The notes below the pieces were generated by a model. It had not been told where the DNA came from, did no database searches, and was given only the letters and a program-made list of their open reading frames with translations. The translations under genes were made by a program, and so were the position numbers. This document shows, piece after piece, positions 36,795 through 49,140 of a DNA stretch of 64,000 bases. Where the stretch lies: the NCBI GenBank assembly GCA_030295235.1, contig AP026180.1, positions 186,001 to 250,000 of the forward strand, written 5' to 3'. Source of the stretch: Fistulifera solaris. Taxonomy: Eukaryota. Every line of letters starts with the position of its first letter. The first letter of the stretch is position 1.

Positions 36795-39398
36795 ATGTTC
36801 GCTTCGCGCTCACACATTCACGCGCTTGCCTCCGGTCAAGATACGGCAAGTGGTTGCCTTGTTCTTTCTCTTGACAAATGCCTCATCAAAAGGAAAGAAT
36901 CATCGTTGGAGAAGCCACAGTCGTCATTTTCGTTTCCGCGAAAGCTAGTAGGTCCGCTGCCTACCTTTCATGATCCTCGGAACGAAGCATCAACGAACAA
37001 TGCTTCGTCGACCGCCGCAAACGGCTATTACAATATTTGCAAAGAAGCTTCTCTTACATTTCACAGCTGGATTTCGCGTGACGCTTGTCCGCAATACAAA
37101 TTGAGGGTTGTTGGCGATTACCGCAATGCCGTGCAAGAAATCATGCATCACAATTACGGCGCTTTTTTGAAGCAGCATTCGAACGATCTCATCGTAGCTC
37201 CGCCCGCAATCATGATTAGCTTGGCGACAAGTCTTCAAGTGCGCGAACAAATTGCGGAAAAGCATCTCGGCCTGGAAGACTCCTTCGATACAAAGCAGCG
37301 CTACATTATTAATGTGTTACAATACTGTCAGAATGCGTTGCAATTTGCGAATCGAATCGCGACTCTCGTCAAAAAGGAACGAGAGGAAGCTGGCGGCGTC
37401 GTCGATAAGATTTCCGGTTGGCTCACTAATTTGACACTAATCGATAAAGAAGATCGTAACTGGAGTGACATCGATCGTGATATCAAGGATGGCAAGTTTC
37501 CGCTATACTCAGGCGTCAAAGTCGAACAAGAGCTCTGTATTTATCATGTTGTGTTGAACGGTGATGATCGGTTTCAAGCTACTGCGCTGCTTCTCACTCT
37601 GGATGACCTCATGGGTACTATTCATGATCACTACGCGCTACTCAAAGCGTTTATGCGCGGGAAACATCCCAAGCAGCAAGAGACGAGCTGCATACAACTA
37701 GTTCTGGAATGTGCGGCGGTAGCGAATGTGGCCACAAAAAGCGTCCAGCGAGTAGAGGAGGAACTGGCAAAAATCATCCCCACCTTTCGACCTTCTATCA
37801 TGTTCTCGCGCTATTATTTTTGGAGAACGATTACGATAAGTTCAACAAAATCATGGACAAGAAGAAATTGAAGAAAGATCCTCATATGACTTTGAACTTT
37901 ATTGCAAGAATCGTGGAGCGAAGTTTTCAGGAAGGCTTTGGCCTTGATAAACCAATTTGTGAAGCTAAGAAGCACTTTGCCGAACAATCAGGTCTCCCGC
38001 ACCAACTCGTAAAAGATGTTTCGCCTGACTTTGAAATGGAATGTTTGTTTGAGACTCTGCGCGACTTCGAGTTGAACGCAGGTACAGTTGCCAATCCGAG
38101 CCTTTCCGCCGAGTATGCTGCCATGGGATTGAAACCGAATACGTGGATGAGTAAATACAAGCATATTGGGGGCGATTTTTCTATTTTGAACACTCAAAAG
38201 TTCGCTCAAATGAGTTTGAATGCCATGGCAACACGGAACTCGCCACTTGTACAGTTGGGCTTTTCGGGGCTGCCGTTTGACGAAAACACCAATCCTGCTA
38301 CCGGCATCCGAGGCGATCTAGACGAACGATTCATGCACTTGATCTTTCCGGTGATCATACTGCTGTGCAACAATGAGCCTCTTGATTACTTGCCACATCG
38401 ATCATCGTTGATGACCGTTTTTGACTTGGTGCGTGAACATCTCATAGAAGATTCGACAAAAGCAGTTCCCATTGCTCTTTCCTTCGGTCTCCATGCCGTT
38501 TTGATGTCTATTTTCGTACTTCAAGGGGACGGCAACCTGGCCACCGTCGCCGTGCAAACGAAGCAGTCGTACGACAAGTTGTTTGCACAGTTGCAAGGCG
38601 TTGCAGATCGAAGTACATTATCGAAAAATGCTCCGCGTATGGCTGAATTGATCGAGTTGTATGGTAGTCTTGGTGGTTTGCCGTATCAGATGGACAACGC
38701 TCCTGGTGAAATTCAATCGCAGGATGAAATGCTGGCGTTTTGGAACCCGCTTGTCGGAGGAGAATACATGCTCTGTTCGACCTACCTTTGCTCGATCGAG
38801 TTTGGAACTGCAACCTTCAATTCGCTGTGTCAGTTGAAGTTTGTGCTCCACCTGTATAATGCACTCCGGCTTCGTGATCCGAGTTTAATTATTCCGTTAC
38901 TTCGAGGTCTGGATACAATATTTATGAATTCCAAGTCGGTTTGGGTTGGATTAGAACCAGATCTCGGATCATGCTGCAACGTTTTCTACATGGCTTTGGG
39001 CATAGATGCCACATCTGCTGCCCGTTTAGCCTCTGAACGTGGAACTTATGAAGATTTCTTTCGTGTTTTTTCGAGTTCTCAGGGTATTAGGGGGTAAGAA
39101 GCTAACATTGCAGGGCATGTACTGAGACCAATACTTCATTTCAAATGAATTTTTCTAACGTTCGCACACACCATTTCGCAGAAGTCACCCCGAAGATTTC
39201 AGTGTGTCGTACTGCAGACTTATTCAAAGTGATTTCGGATCCGACGATGATACGAACGAAATCTCCATTGATAATAATTGCGTTGCAAAAGAAATTCTTT
39301 TCAAGAAAGTCAATCGCACACGCGATGCCATGGTCGGCGACCGCGACAACATTCTTCCAATCAATTTCCCTGTAGTCGGGACGATTTTGAGCATTTAG
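36795..39398 (+). CDS. Large hypothetical helical protein, possibly DUF6604-like (frameshift ~37780; intron 39094-39181; both ends uncertain)
   Basis: Two long overlapping ORFs joined by a 1-nt shift; a GT..CAG intron continues into PEDFSVSYCRLIQSDF; SLQVREQIA..RYIINVL resembles DUF6604 from memory only. Confidence 0.5.
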
Positions 39399-40804
39399 GC
39401 TGGACTAGTGTATACCGAGATATTGACAAAAGAATGAGTTTCTTTTTGTCGATACAGTCGAAGCTGGCGTGCAAGTGGAGTTGATAGGTTTGCTCCATCG
39501 TTGCGGACATCTTTTGTCGTGCATTGACCGAAAAGGGAATGAGTTCGACCTCAATCAGATATCTGCTTCCACCAAGTCATTTTTCGATAAAATCGAGAAG
39601 GGTCGATACACCTTTATCTCTAAGATTGCGAGACTTCCGTAGCCCACCACCGCTCATCAGACAACAAGACGGCCTAGACCTTAAGTACCAGTAGCAAAGA
39701 AATATACATGTCTGATAACGTCATCTCCACTCTCGAAGCAAACAGAATCCGCACACTACTCCATTGCAGTTCAATTTCCATCCCATCGTTTTACCCGCAG
39801 ATCCTTTCTTACTTCTGCGCAAGCGAATAATTCTTCTCGAACGCTATACCGAAGTGGTGGTTCCGCAACGACCGCCATACAGTAGTAACTTCTTGGTCTT
39901 TGGTCCACTGCGCACGCTTCCGTTGCATACCGGCGTACTTAAAGCGGGATGTTTACATCGCACTAAGTCTTAGTCATGGTTAAACCTCGTAGTATTGAGG
40001 GCGAAAACTAAGACATGTCCGCAAAGACGAAACTTTCACGGTAGCTCGAATACGATTCATTCGTCGGAAGATAACGAAAACGAGAACGATGCGCCGGTGC
40101 CAACTCTGAAGGAGCAGACCAGTAATATCACCACTTCATTCAGGACATAGGCGAACGGAGACACCTGGTTGATTGTTGCGTGGACTAAATGGAAGCGCAG
40201 ATATGAATACGCCCATCTTCAAAGTATAGCCGCGTTCTCTCTCGAGACAAGAGATTGAGCGGAATATCTCAGAGCTCGTCATCTTTTGTATGAATCTGAA
40301 AGAATAGTACGGCCCTCTTTACAATCCATCCAGCGATCATAGTCTGGTTACGATCAAAGAAGGTTCGTCACCTTTGTCAGCCGTCGGATATCCCGTTCTG
40401 ATAAAAGGCTACTTCGAAAGAGTGTCCTCTCCGTGATGGTGGCACTCTAACGAGGAGGGAATGCTCTAGATCTCGAGGTGTCGCAATTTGTTATGTCAGA
40501 AAGGACAGGTACGTCAATCATAATTGCGGCCAAAATAGGGAATCCCTGCCGGATTCCTCAGAAGTCAATAAACAAAAGAACAATGTATACATGCGCTCTG
40601 TGACGTTAGTCATCGGGCCTTTGATACTTTCGATCGTCGGCTTGCCTTAAAGACAGAAAGAAGAATTCAAACTCCGGTGACAGTGAAAGAAATTAACACT
40701 TTCAGCCTTCCTAGCGCCTCTTTAACGACCGACTGCTCCACAAGCAGGCTTCAAAGGCAATCGATGGTGCTCACATCATGACAAAAGCGAAATGGACCGC
40801 GAGG

Positions 40805-40922
40805 GATGAACAGGGAGAATGAACTGGGAAATGAACAGGGAAACAATGAACTGGGAAATGCGAACAGGGAAATGAACGAGGAAAAAGAACAGGGAAAAAA
40901 TGTGGAGGGAAGAGGGAAATGC
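40805..40922. repeat. Degenerate purine-rich microsatellite (GAAC[A/T]GGGAAAT)n
   Basis: About 8 copies of a 12-15 nt unit. Confidence 0.8.
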
Positions 40923-41161
40923 GCTTAGCGTCCGTACGTCGTTGCGACAGAAAGGTCGACTATCTCATAAAGAGTAGATTACCTTTTATGCGACTCAATT
41001 AATTTTCAGTCCCGGTGGTTACAAAAAGAAAAAAATCAAACAAAACAAAATAAACAAAACGAGAGGAGGGGGGAAGCAAATATTCTTTCTACTTATCAGC
41101 CTTCGCTCTCTCCAATCCCTGCTTCAATAAAAAACGCTCTTGACGCATTATAGAAAGAACG

Positions 41162-41998
41162 ATGGAGGATCAACGACAGCGAAACGATAGAAACGATTCG
41201 GACGGATCATCCGATCGCCACAGCGCGTCACGAAAGCGACGTCGCTCTTCGGATGCTAGCGATGACAAGTCGTCGTCATTCTCCAGTTCATCTTCATCTT
41301 CGTACAGCAATAGCGATGATGATCGACGTACGAAGAAGCATAAAAAGGAAAAGAAGAGCAAGAAACATTCGAAAGATAGAAAGAAGAAGCACTCGAAAGA
41401 CAAAAAGAAGAAAAAGAAGAAATACAACAAGAAATACGATGACAAGAAAAGGAAGAAAGCGAAAAAGTCTTCACGACGCGGTGATGACAGCGATGGCGTT
41501 CCCAGTAACGGCCCCGTCAATCAGTTCGGAAAGTATGGAATCATTCCTTCTTCGACGACCATGAACAATCCACAGTATGAACGATCGTTTGAAATGTGGA
41601 TGTCGGAAATGAAAGGCATCAATGTCATCGAAAGCAATATACCGAAATTCGAACTGAAACAGTATTGGGAAGATTATCGAGAAGATTTCAATACGGCGAC
41701 CTTGCCGCATAAGAAATACTACAATTACGACAAATGGGAACGTGAACAACATCAGAAAGAATCGCAGCAAACCAACGCCACCATGTCAAGTGCACAACGT
41801 GCCGAACATGAATATCAATTACAACGACAGCAAGCTCAATTGCAGCAACAGCGTCAATTGCTTCAATCGACCATGAGTCGTGAGAAAGTACAAGAAATGA
41901 AAGAAATGGCGCAATTGCGGACCGAGATGCAAGTTGCCTTTCAACGAGGAGATATGACGACTTATCAGCGGCTGAAAGACAAACTGGAGGGCAAGTAG
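41162..41998 (+). CDS. Lys/Ser-rich nuclear protein with conserved EDFNTATLPHKKYY domain
   Basis: S/R- and K-rich low-complexity N-terminus; FGKYGII, F..W..E.K and EDFNTATLPHKKYYNYDKWE block; coiled-coil C-terminus. Confidence 0.75.
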   Translation: MEDQRQRNDRNDSDGSSDRHSASRKRRRSSDASDDKSSSFSSSSSSSYSNSDDDRRTKKHKKEKKSKKHSKDRKKKHSKDKKKKKKKYNKKYDDKKRKKAKKSSRRGDDSDGVPSNGPVNQFGKYGIIPSSTTMNNPQYERSFEMWMSEMKGINVIESNIPKFELKQYWEDYREDFNTATLPHKKYYNYDKWEREQHQKESQQTNATMSSAQRAEHEYQLQRQQAQLQQQRQLLQSTMSREKVQEMKEMAQLRTEMQVAFQRGDMTTYQRLKDKLEGK

Positions 41999-42062
41999 TG
42001 GTAGTCTAAATGTGAAAGACCTCGGATTCCCTACAACACTCCTTATACATTTCAATCGGTCT

Positions 42063-42494
42063 TTACTTCTGCCAAGGGAATTTGAAACCTTGTGCCGCTC
42101 TCGCTTCGTCTTCCGGATCTACCCATCCATTCTCAAAGTAAGGCATTTGCGTTTGTTTGGAATTTCCGTTTTCATCGACCAAGTTGTTGGCCTCTAACGA
42201 GAACATGAATTTTCCCGTCTCTTCGTCAACACCTTCAAAGTCTCCCAAAAACGGAGCACCCATACCAGCTGTAATTAGTTGCAAGACGCCAGAAATACCA
42301 ATCTTCTTTTCTTCTTTCGGTTGTTTGGGTTCTTCTTTCTCGGGTTGCTTCGGCGTCAAAAAATCGGGGATACCGAAATGGAGTGTCGTCGTCGAAGAAG
42401 ACGCAGGAATACTTCGTAAAGTAGACGTAGACGGCACAAACGCGCTGGCCGTTGACGCCCCAACTAGAACAGCTAGAAGAGCTTTCGATGGCAT
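42063..42494 (-). CDS. Small plastid-targeted hypothetical protein
   Basis: MPSKALLAVLVGASTASAF: canonical ASAF bipartite presequence plus S/T-rich transit peptide; globular-looking C-terminal ~80 aa. Confidence 0.8.
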   Translation of the reverse strand: MPSKALLAVLVGASTASAFVPSTSTLRSIPASSSTTTLHFGIPDFLTPKQPEKEEPKQPKEEKKIGISGVLQLITAGMGAPFLGDFEGVDEETGKFMFSLEANNLVDENGNSKQTQMPYFENGWVDPEDEARAAQGFKFPWQK

Positions 42495-42834
42495 ATTGAT
42501 GACAATACAAGAGAGTTTGTGGCGTATTGTTTCTTCAAAGAGAACGGCAACGAAAATTTGCACCATTTTTTGTGTTGAAGGCTTATTATACTGGTATCTC
42601 CATTTCAATATTTTGTACTTTGTACACGTCATCATTCCCCACGTGGATGCGGAATAACGTTCTCCCTACAGTAGCTTGATGACCACGAAACGTTCTCTTG
42701 TCAAATAATCTATTGCGGCTTTATACTGCGACAAATTCATCATTCCACTTACGGATGCTGATACTTCGGACCCATGATTTCATAGTCGATTAAAATGTGA
42801 ATTCGACATAGATGCAAGGTCTCAACGGCCAACG

Positions 42835-43328
42835 TCGATTTCACGTAGCTCTCGTAGGGAAATTTATCGACAGAGGGATACCCGGATATCGTCTACTTTT
42901 GCTTTCATCCATTATTCGTCAATGTTTGACCGCAATACCATAAAAGTATAAAATAACATTTCTACCCCGCACTAATAGACGATGCTCACAATCATTTCGA
43001 ATTCAAAATGTAAAAACGAGCGATGATACAACGCTTCGATTGTATACGTCTCTTTCACGTAGACCCCGTAGGAATTTTATCGATGCAGGTAACCCTCGGG
43101 ACTCATCCCATTTGACCTCATCGATTTTCGGGTCTGACAGCTGACAGCATCAGAATTCATTGATACTCTACTCAAAAGGTATGCATAGAGACAACGTACA
43201 AGAATCGACATTCATTGGGACACCCACCATGAAAAAGACAACGAATGCAATGTTGCGAATGATGTGTACGTGACTTTCACGTAGGCCCCCGTAGGGAAAT
43301 TTATCGACAGAGGGGGAACCCGGACAGG
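42835..43328. repeat. Three dispersed copies of a ~50-bp element in a divergent promoter region
   Basis: TTTCACGTAG.{4-5}CGTAGG(G)AA(A/T)TTTATCGA at about 42839, 43053 and 43275. Confidence 0.8.
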
Positions 43329-43496
43329 TAGACTCTGTCCGTCTTCCGCCAGATCACATACAGAAAGTAAAACACGCAATAAAAGCACGCGGAGATAAAA
43401 GGAAACGCGCGGATCCGATTTTTGTCATTGATACACCATTGATTCCGTCTTTTATTCATACGAACTATCTCCATTGCAATATTATTCACTTTAAGC

Positions 43497-45461
43497 ATGA
43501 CAAACGAAAAGACACCTACTATTCTTACTGGGCTTCTTGAAAGCTTAGGACCCGATTGCCTTGATCGCATTCAAAATTGTCGATTACTTGTCGTCGGAGC
43601 AGGAGGCATTGGTTGTGAATTACTCAAGAATTTAAGTCTTTCCGGCTTCCGTCACGTCGAAGTCGTCGATTTAGATACAATTGATGTCTCGAATCTCAAC
43701 CGTCAATTACTCTTTCGCGCGAAACACGTCGGTCAGCCGAAATGTGTGGTAGGAGTCGCTGTGGCGAAGGATCTTTCGCCTTACGCGGATACACAAATGA
43801 CGGCCCGTCACGGCAATGTCTGTGATAATTCTGTCTTTAATGTACAATACATGGAACAATTCGATCTTGTATTGAATGCTCTCGATAATGTCACGGCCCG
43901 TCGTCGTGTCAATCGTCTGTGTTTGGCAGCCAACGTCCCCATGATGGAAGCTGGTACTACGGGCTATTTGGGACAAGTGCAGACGATTTACAAAGGTGTC
44001 GCCTGCTACGAATGCAAAACACAAGAACCGCCGAAAGTCTATCCCATCTGTACGATTCGTTCGACGCCCAGTCAACCCGTTCATACGATTGTTTGGGCCA
44101 AGGAATTGTACAAGCTACTTTTGAGTCCTGATCCTTCGCAAAGTATGCTGTGGGAAGACTCTCAGAATGAAGAACTGAGTACGTATATGGAAGCGGCGCT
44201 CGAGTTGCGTGACAACAATCAGGATCCGGACGCCAGCGAAGACACGAAAAAGACGACGATTGATCGATTGTGGAAGGCCTTGTATGCCGATGAAATTCAA
44301 AAGCAGTTGAATATGGATCGTTACAAGACAGCCGAGAAGACACCCATTGTGTTGGAAATGCCGACCGCTGCAGCAAATACACAATCGGAGTGGAAACCCA
44401 TGTCCATTTGGTCCTTGACGGAATGTGTCTACGAATTCCGCAACGCCTTGATGTCGGCATTGGAAATGCCCGAATTCTTTGACAAGGATGACGAACTAGC
44501 GATGCGTTTCGTGACGGCAGCGGCGCAACTGCGTTCCATGAACTTTCATATCCCCTTGCAAAGCTATCATGATACCAAAGGCATTGCCGGCAACATTATT
44601 CCGGCGATTGCTACCACCAACGCTATTGTGGCGGGTTTGCAAATCCTTCAAGTCTTTTCTTTGTTGCAGGCGCAACTTGCCAACAAGGACAATAGCAGTA
44701 AGCTACCACCGGTGGGAACGGGGAAGTATATCAACTGCTTGCGGAATGCGACGCGGAATGGGTTGTACTTGGCAGCGTCGCCTTTGGAAACACCGAATCC
44801 GCAGTGTTTTGTGTGTCGCGAACAAGTCACCGTTGTCCTGACCCTGCCCACAAAAGCATTGCAAGTCATTTCGTTTGCACGCTTTGTGCAAACGATCATT
44901 CAACAAGAATTGGGCTTTGCTGAACCGACAGTCTATTTGAATCAAGACGTTTTGATTTGGGAAGAAGGCAATGACTCGGATGAAGCGTTACGACGTGTCA
45001 ATGGTGTCAAATTGTTGCAAGACTTGCCCCGCGGTGGCTTGCAACACGGATCCGTGTTGACAGTTGAAGACTTTAGTCAAGATTTGCAAGTCGATGTTCG
45101 CGTTGTGGTCGTCTCGGATGAGGACTTCAGACGTCAATACGGCAAAGAAGATGATGCGGAAGAGGATGACGACGCGGATGGGTTCCGTTATCACATTGGT
45201 GGCGATAAGCCGGTCGTGGGGAGCAGTGCTGGTGAAGACGATGAAGCGAAAGAAAGTTCGGTCGATAATAAGGCCGCGGCGAGTGCTGTCGTTGAGGATG
45301 GTGACGATGATGGCGTTGTTGAGATTGTTGAGGACACGAGCGATGGAAACAAGCGGGCCATGAACGGAGCAACGGGGCACGAATCGCCTTTGAAGAAACA
45401 GAAGCCGTCGGAAGGTGCTAGTACCGAAGGAGGTGAAGAAGTGATCGAAATTGATGATTGA
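43497..45461 (+). CDS. UBA2: SUMO-activating enzyme subunit 2
   Basis: VVGAGGIGCELLK, DLDTIDVSNLNRQLLF, CYEC, YPICTIRSTP (catalytic Cys), GIAGNIIPAIATTNAI, PNPQCFVC and C-terminal SIM-like EVIEIDD. Confidence 0.95.
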   Translation: MTNEKTPTILTGLLESLGPDCLDRIQNCRLLVVGAGGIGCELLKNLSLSGFRHVEVVDLDTIDVSNLNRQLLFRAKHVGQPKCVVGVAVAKDLSPYADTQMTARHGNVCDNSVFNVQYMEQFDLVLNALDNVTARRRVNRLCLAANVPMMEAGTTGYLGQVQTIYKGVACYECKTQEPPKVYPICTIRSTPSQPVHTIVWAKELYKLLLSPDPSQSMLWEDSQNEELSTYMEAALELRDNNQDPDASEDTKKTTIDRLWKALYADEIQKQLNMDRYKTAEKTPIVLEMPTAAANTQSEWKPMSIWSLTECVYEFRNALMSALEMPEFFDKDDELAMRFVTAAAQLRSMNFHIPLQSYHDTKGIAGNIIPAIATTNAIVAGLQILQVFSLLQAQLANKDNSSKLPPVGTGKYINCLRNATRNGLYLAASPLETPNPQCFVCREQVTVVLTLPTKALQVISFARFVQTIIQQELGFAEPTVYLNQDVLIWEEGNDSDEALRRVNGVKLLQDLPRGGLQHGSVLTVEDFSQDLQVDVRVVVVSDEDFRRQYGKEDDAEEDDDADGFRYHIGGDKPVVGSSAGEDDEAKESSVDNKAAASAVVEDGDDDGVVEIVEDTSDGNKRAMNGATGHESPLKKQKPSEGASTEGGEEVIEIDD

Positions 45462-45598
45462 TGAATAAGTGAAGCGCTCTGATTGGTTTTATAATCGTAA
45501 CTACTAGTATAGTGGCTGTAATAAAGTGTTGCTGTTTGTGTTGTATATCCTAAGGTAGGATAATGTCTACCAGACACACGAAAGACCGACTTGCGCAT

Positions 45599-45985
45599 TT
45601 ACACAAGGAAACCCAAAGTATCCCCATTGACTTTGGCCTTCTTAATCAAACGTGTGCGCATATGATAGGCTCCAACCCATTCGCAAAAGTCACCAATGTA
45701 TTGCGAGTGATAACTGATCGCCTTGCCTCGAATTTTGTTCAATTTATCTTGACCAAGAACAGCTTTTGCGGCGTAAACAGCCGGACTGAAGATACCGAAT
45801 TTCGCTTGCGATCCCATGTAGAGTTCTGTGGCTTTGCCGCGGCTTGATGTGGAAGCAGCAGCAGCAGGAACGTTGCGAGAAACGATAAAGGTAGAGCCTC
45901 CCGAAAGTCCGCTCGAAACGAAAGCGTTGGCCGATTGCAGCGACAACAACGCCGTCAACAACAAGAAACTGAGAATTGATTTCAT
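45599..45985 (-). CDS. PGR5: Proton gradient regulation 5, plastid-targeted
   Basis: Signal peptide plus ANAF; GIFSPAV...LNKIRGKAISYHSQ.I..FC...LIKKAKVNG..LGF matches PGR5. Confidence 0.92.
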   Translation of the reverse strand: MKSILSFLLLTALLSLQSANAFVSSGLSGGSTFIVSRNVPAAAASTSSRGKATELYMGSQAKFGIFSPAVYAAKAVLGQDKLNKIRGKAISYHSQYIGDFCEWVGAYHMRTRLIKKAKVNGDTLGFLV

Positions 45986-46530
45986 TTTTATTTGTAAAGA
46001 ATAGTAAAATAGAATGAAAGAAAGGAAAGGAATGACAACAATCTTTGCTTTGTGAGCACTGCAACGAATGCAACACACGAGAACATGCTCGTCACGTGGG
46101 TTTGGCGAGCACATAAGACTGACGTGTTTCATGATGACAGGTCGCCGGACGACGGACGCTCTGACCGTTAACGTGTCGTTTTGTATTTACAGCTGACGCT
46201 ATGATCTGTGTCGTACAGCGAGTAGCTACAAACGGTTTCGAAAAAGAACAAAAACAAAACGACGACGAGCGAGCGAGCGATCCATTTTCATCACAAAAAA
46301 CACCCAAAATCATTCTTTCGATAGAAACGAACCGCATCGCGACACAAAGTAATAATACAGCAAAATAGCAGCGAAAGGGAGCGTACGCACAGAAGAAGCG
46401 TATCAACCAGAGGACAAAAATGGACCCTTCACGGGGCCATGAAGTAGTGCATTCGCAGCTCTCGTCACACAAAAACATTCCAGTGTGCCTGCTAGAAACA
46501 TTCGCTACATCAACAACAAATACAGTCCGA

Positions 46531-47226
46531 ATGGTTTCCCGTCTTATTGACTGCTTTCGTCCCCAGAAGTTTTTGGAGGACGATGAAGACGACTACGACT
46601 ATGAAGAATTTGTTGAAGCACGAGCGTTTCGCAATCCAGTTATGTTGGCTTTACTCGAAGGACTGCCCCAAAATGAAGCAGAGGAGCGTAATCGACGACG
46701 TGACGAAGAAGAGCCTTTAAATGTCGAGGATCCTATCTTTGATTACGAGAACTCCTTGACGCCCTTGGAATGCATCGTTTATCACAATGAATGGCAAGTA
46801 TTGTGGGGAATCTTTCTGAAAGATGAATGGGATCCCACCTTGCATCCGACACCGCTCAAAGATAGCTTGAACCTACTACATGCCCTACTAAAGTTGTCGC
46901 TGCATCCGGAGCAGAAAGAGACAAAGGCGACGTTGTTTTTGATCGAGTACTTGTATTATCCGCGGGAGCCTGTTCCGTTGAAAGAGATTCAGAAGTGCTT
47001 GACTACGATCGATCCTGCGTTTGACTGGCAAGCCGCTATTGTACGAGCTATGAAATACAAGCGATTACTTCTACAGAGTACTTTTTTGCCAGATGATTTA
47101 CGAAAAATGATCTGGAGCGAACATGTTCAGCCCGACGTCTTGCATCAAGCGATCCGACAGTGTGCGTGGGGAGTAGTGATCGTGCCAAATGACGCAGCAT
47201 CACAGGTAGCCTTGAATGGGCAGTGA
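46531..47226 (+). CDS. Hypothetical protein, tandem family copy 1
   Basis: Shares LTPLE..WQV.WG..WD..HP.PLK, ATL.L, IQ.CL..DP.F.W and LP..IW.EH with the next two ORFs. Confidence 0.72.
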   Translation: MVSRLIDCFRPQKFLEDDEDDYDYEEFVEARAFRNPVMLALLEGLPQNEAEERNRRRDEEEPLNVEDPIFDYENSLTPLECIVYHNEWQVLWGIFLKDEWDPTLHPTPLKDSLNLLHALLKLSLHPEQKETKATLFLIEYLYYPREPVPLKEIQKCLTTIDPAFDWQAAIVRAMKYKRLLLQSTFLPDDLRKMIWSEHVQPDVLHQAIRQCAWGVVIVPNDAASQVALNGQ

Positions 47227-48118
47227 ATGAGTGATAATTCATAAGAAGTCTTGGAATTGCTTAGCGATTTGATCAATAAGACTATATAAATTGCGAGCTT
47301 AACGATTGCCGAGTGATCGTAAAAAGTAGAAATATCCGCATTAGCACGAAGTACTACTTATTCTATAAATACGGAGTAGCACTTTAGTAGTCAATTTTAA
47401 ACGGGTTTCGTCAAGCTGACCAAAGTCGTTCATAAAACAGCAGGCGATCACCATAACGAAGCAGGACTCGTGACACAATCCAGTCATGAAAAAGTAATAT
47501 ACACTTTGAGACTATAGTAAAACAATTTCCGAAGCACTCGCGACAGGTTTTGGCGCGCAATATTAATTAAGAAATCCGTTTCAACTAGATAGCTCAACGC
47601 TATCGAGAATGAACTGAGCGCATTATTCTAGTCAAATTGACTGGACTAGCTACTGAAATTACATAAAAGCGAATAATTTGCTAAATTTATTCATGACTGA
47701 ATCCAGTCTTGGAGAAAAGTGACAACACTTTGCAGCTATATTGAGTACTGATTAGTATCAAGATTACGTGGATCTTTCGTCGTACCATGATTGACTTTTT
47801 CTTATGCGACGAAAATGGACAGCTCCGACCGCACAACAAAATTGATGATAACCATGGCGGCGTTTGTCGATAATCATCAATCCATTTCAGCGTCATTGAT
47901 CCTATAATGTGTCTTTACACGTTAATACTCAATATATGACTATTTTCGACGGATAGGACTAAAAGAATGATGAGTCGTTTACTCATAAAGGATAAGAATC
48001 GACAAGTGAGTCGATGAAGCATCGAATCACCTTCCTTGTCTCTTTCATAAATTAAGAAAGACTACAACGTATACCTTCTAAGGTGGATCAATTTACTACC
48101 AGCGAACTCCATTACAGC

Positions 48119-48736
48119 ATGTGCTTTCGTCTCTTGGACTTCGTTCTCCCCCTGTGGCGTCAGGTGACGCGCAAGCAAGCCTTCGACAGCATGAACGATG
48201 ATGCGGATTTCCTCGTACAGGTTCGAGAAAGCGCCATCGATCAGTTGAATGACGGGGAAGTTCCGCCCCTGATCGTGCCTTTTGACGACCCGGATGATCC
48301 ACTCAATCTCTTGTCGCCCCTCGAATATGCCGTCTACACCAGTCAGTGGCAAGTCTTTTGGGGATACGTTCTCATGGAGAAATGGGATACATCTGTGCAT
48401 CCGAGGCCCCTAAAAAGCAGCATTCGTCTATTGTGCTTTTTACTGGATCGTGATAACGAAGAAATGATCGCGACTCTTTATTTGGCCAACGTCTTGTTGA
48501 ATCAACAAGAAACGATCAACATGAAAGAAATTCAAGAATGCTTGGCGATACTTGATCCATTGTTTGAATGGAAAAAGGAAGTCTTGAGAACATTGCATTT
48601 GAAGAGAATGCTGTTGGAGTCGATGGATTTACCGGAAGGCGTACAAGAAACGATTTGGAGAGAACATGTGCATTTGGACGTGATTCGTTCCGCCATTGCG
48701 AAGTGTGCGAGGGGGAGTTGTCGCTGCGTTGGATGA
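48119..48736 (+). CDS. Hypothetical protein, tandem family copy 2
   Basis: Same conserved blocks as copy 1. Confidence 0.72.
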   Translation: MCFRLLDFVLPLWRQVTRKQAFDSMNDDADFLVQVRESAIDQLNDGEVPPLIVPFDDPDDPLNLLSPLEYAVYTSQWQVFWGYVLMEKWDTSVHPRPLKSSIRLLCFLLDRDNEEMIATLYLANVLLNQQETINMKEIQECLAILDPLFEWKKEVLRTLHLKRMLLESMDLPEGVQETIWREHVHLDVIRSAIAKCARGSCRCVG

Positions 48737-49140
48737 CGAGTTATCGCAACGTGCTGTCAAATGCTATTGATCGCATGGATGATACAAACAATAACGCAAT
48801 TCATTAGAACTGTCGTTATTACCTCAAGGCAAATAGCAATGCCTTTTCATTCATTTTATTTTCCGCAAGCGCGACCACCGTCCAGAAACGGTTGCTCAAT
48901 CAAGCGACGACAAACAGTAAAGTAACCGACAACGACGCCGACTCCTTGTATGTGCATCCCTATTTAAATGCAACGGATAGATGAATTTCCTTATACAAAG
49001 AAAACCTTTGCCAGGGATTTTGGAGTGAACGAAGTGCAAAATGGACTTCACGCTCGGATGAAGTCCGTTGCTCTAGCACAAAAAGCTCTGAATTGGAAGC
49101 TCGATATTCTAAAGCACAGATTACATCTTTCAAGCGAACA

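Noticed and set aside
39500..40800. Possible gene in a 1.3-kb gap
   Set aside because: Only short broken frames with no recognisable motif.
24532..45985. Functional cluster of five plastid-targeted genes
   Set aside because: They are interspersed with unrelated genes over 21 kb and have unrelated functions; this density is plausible by chance in a diatom.
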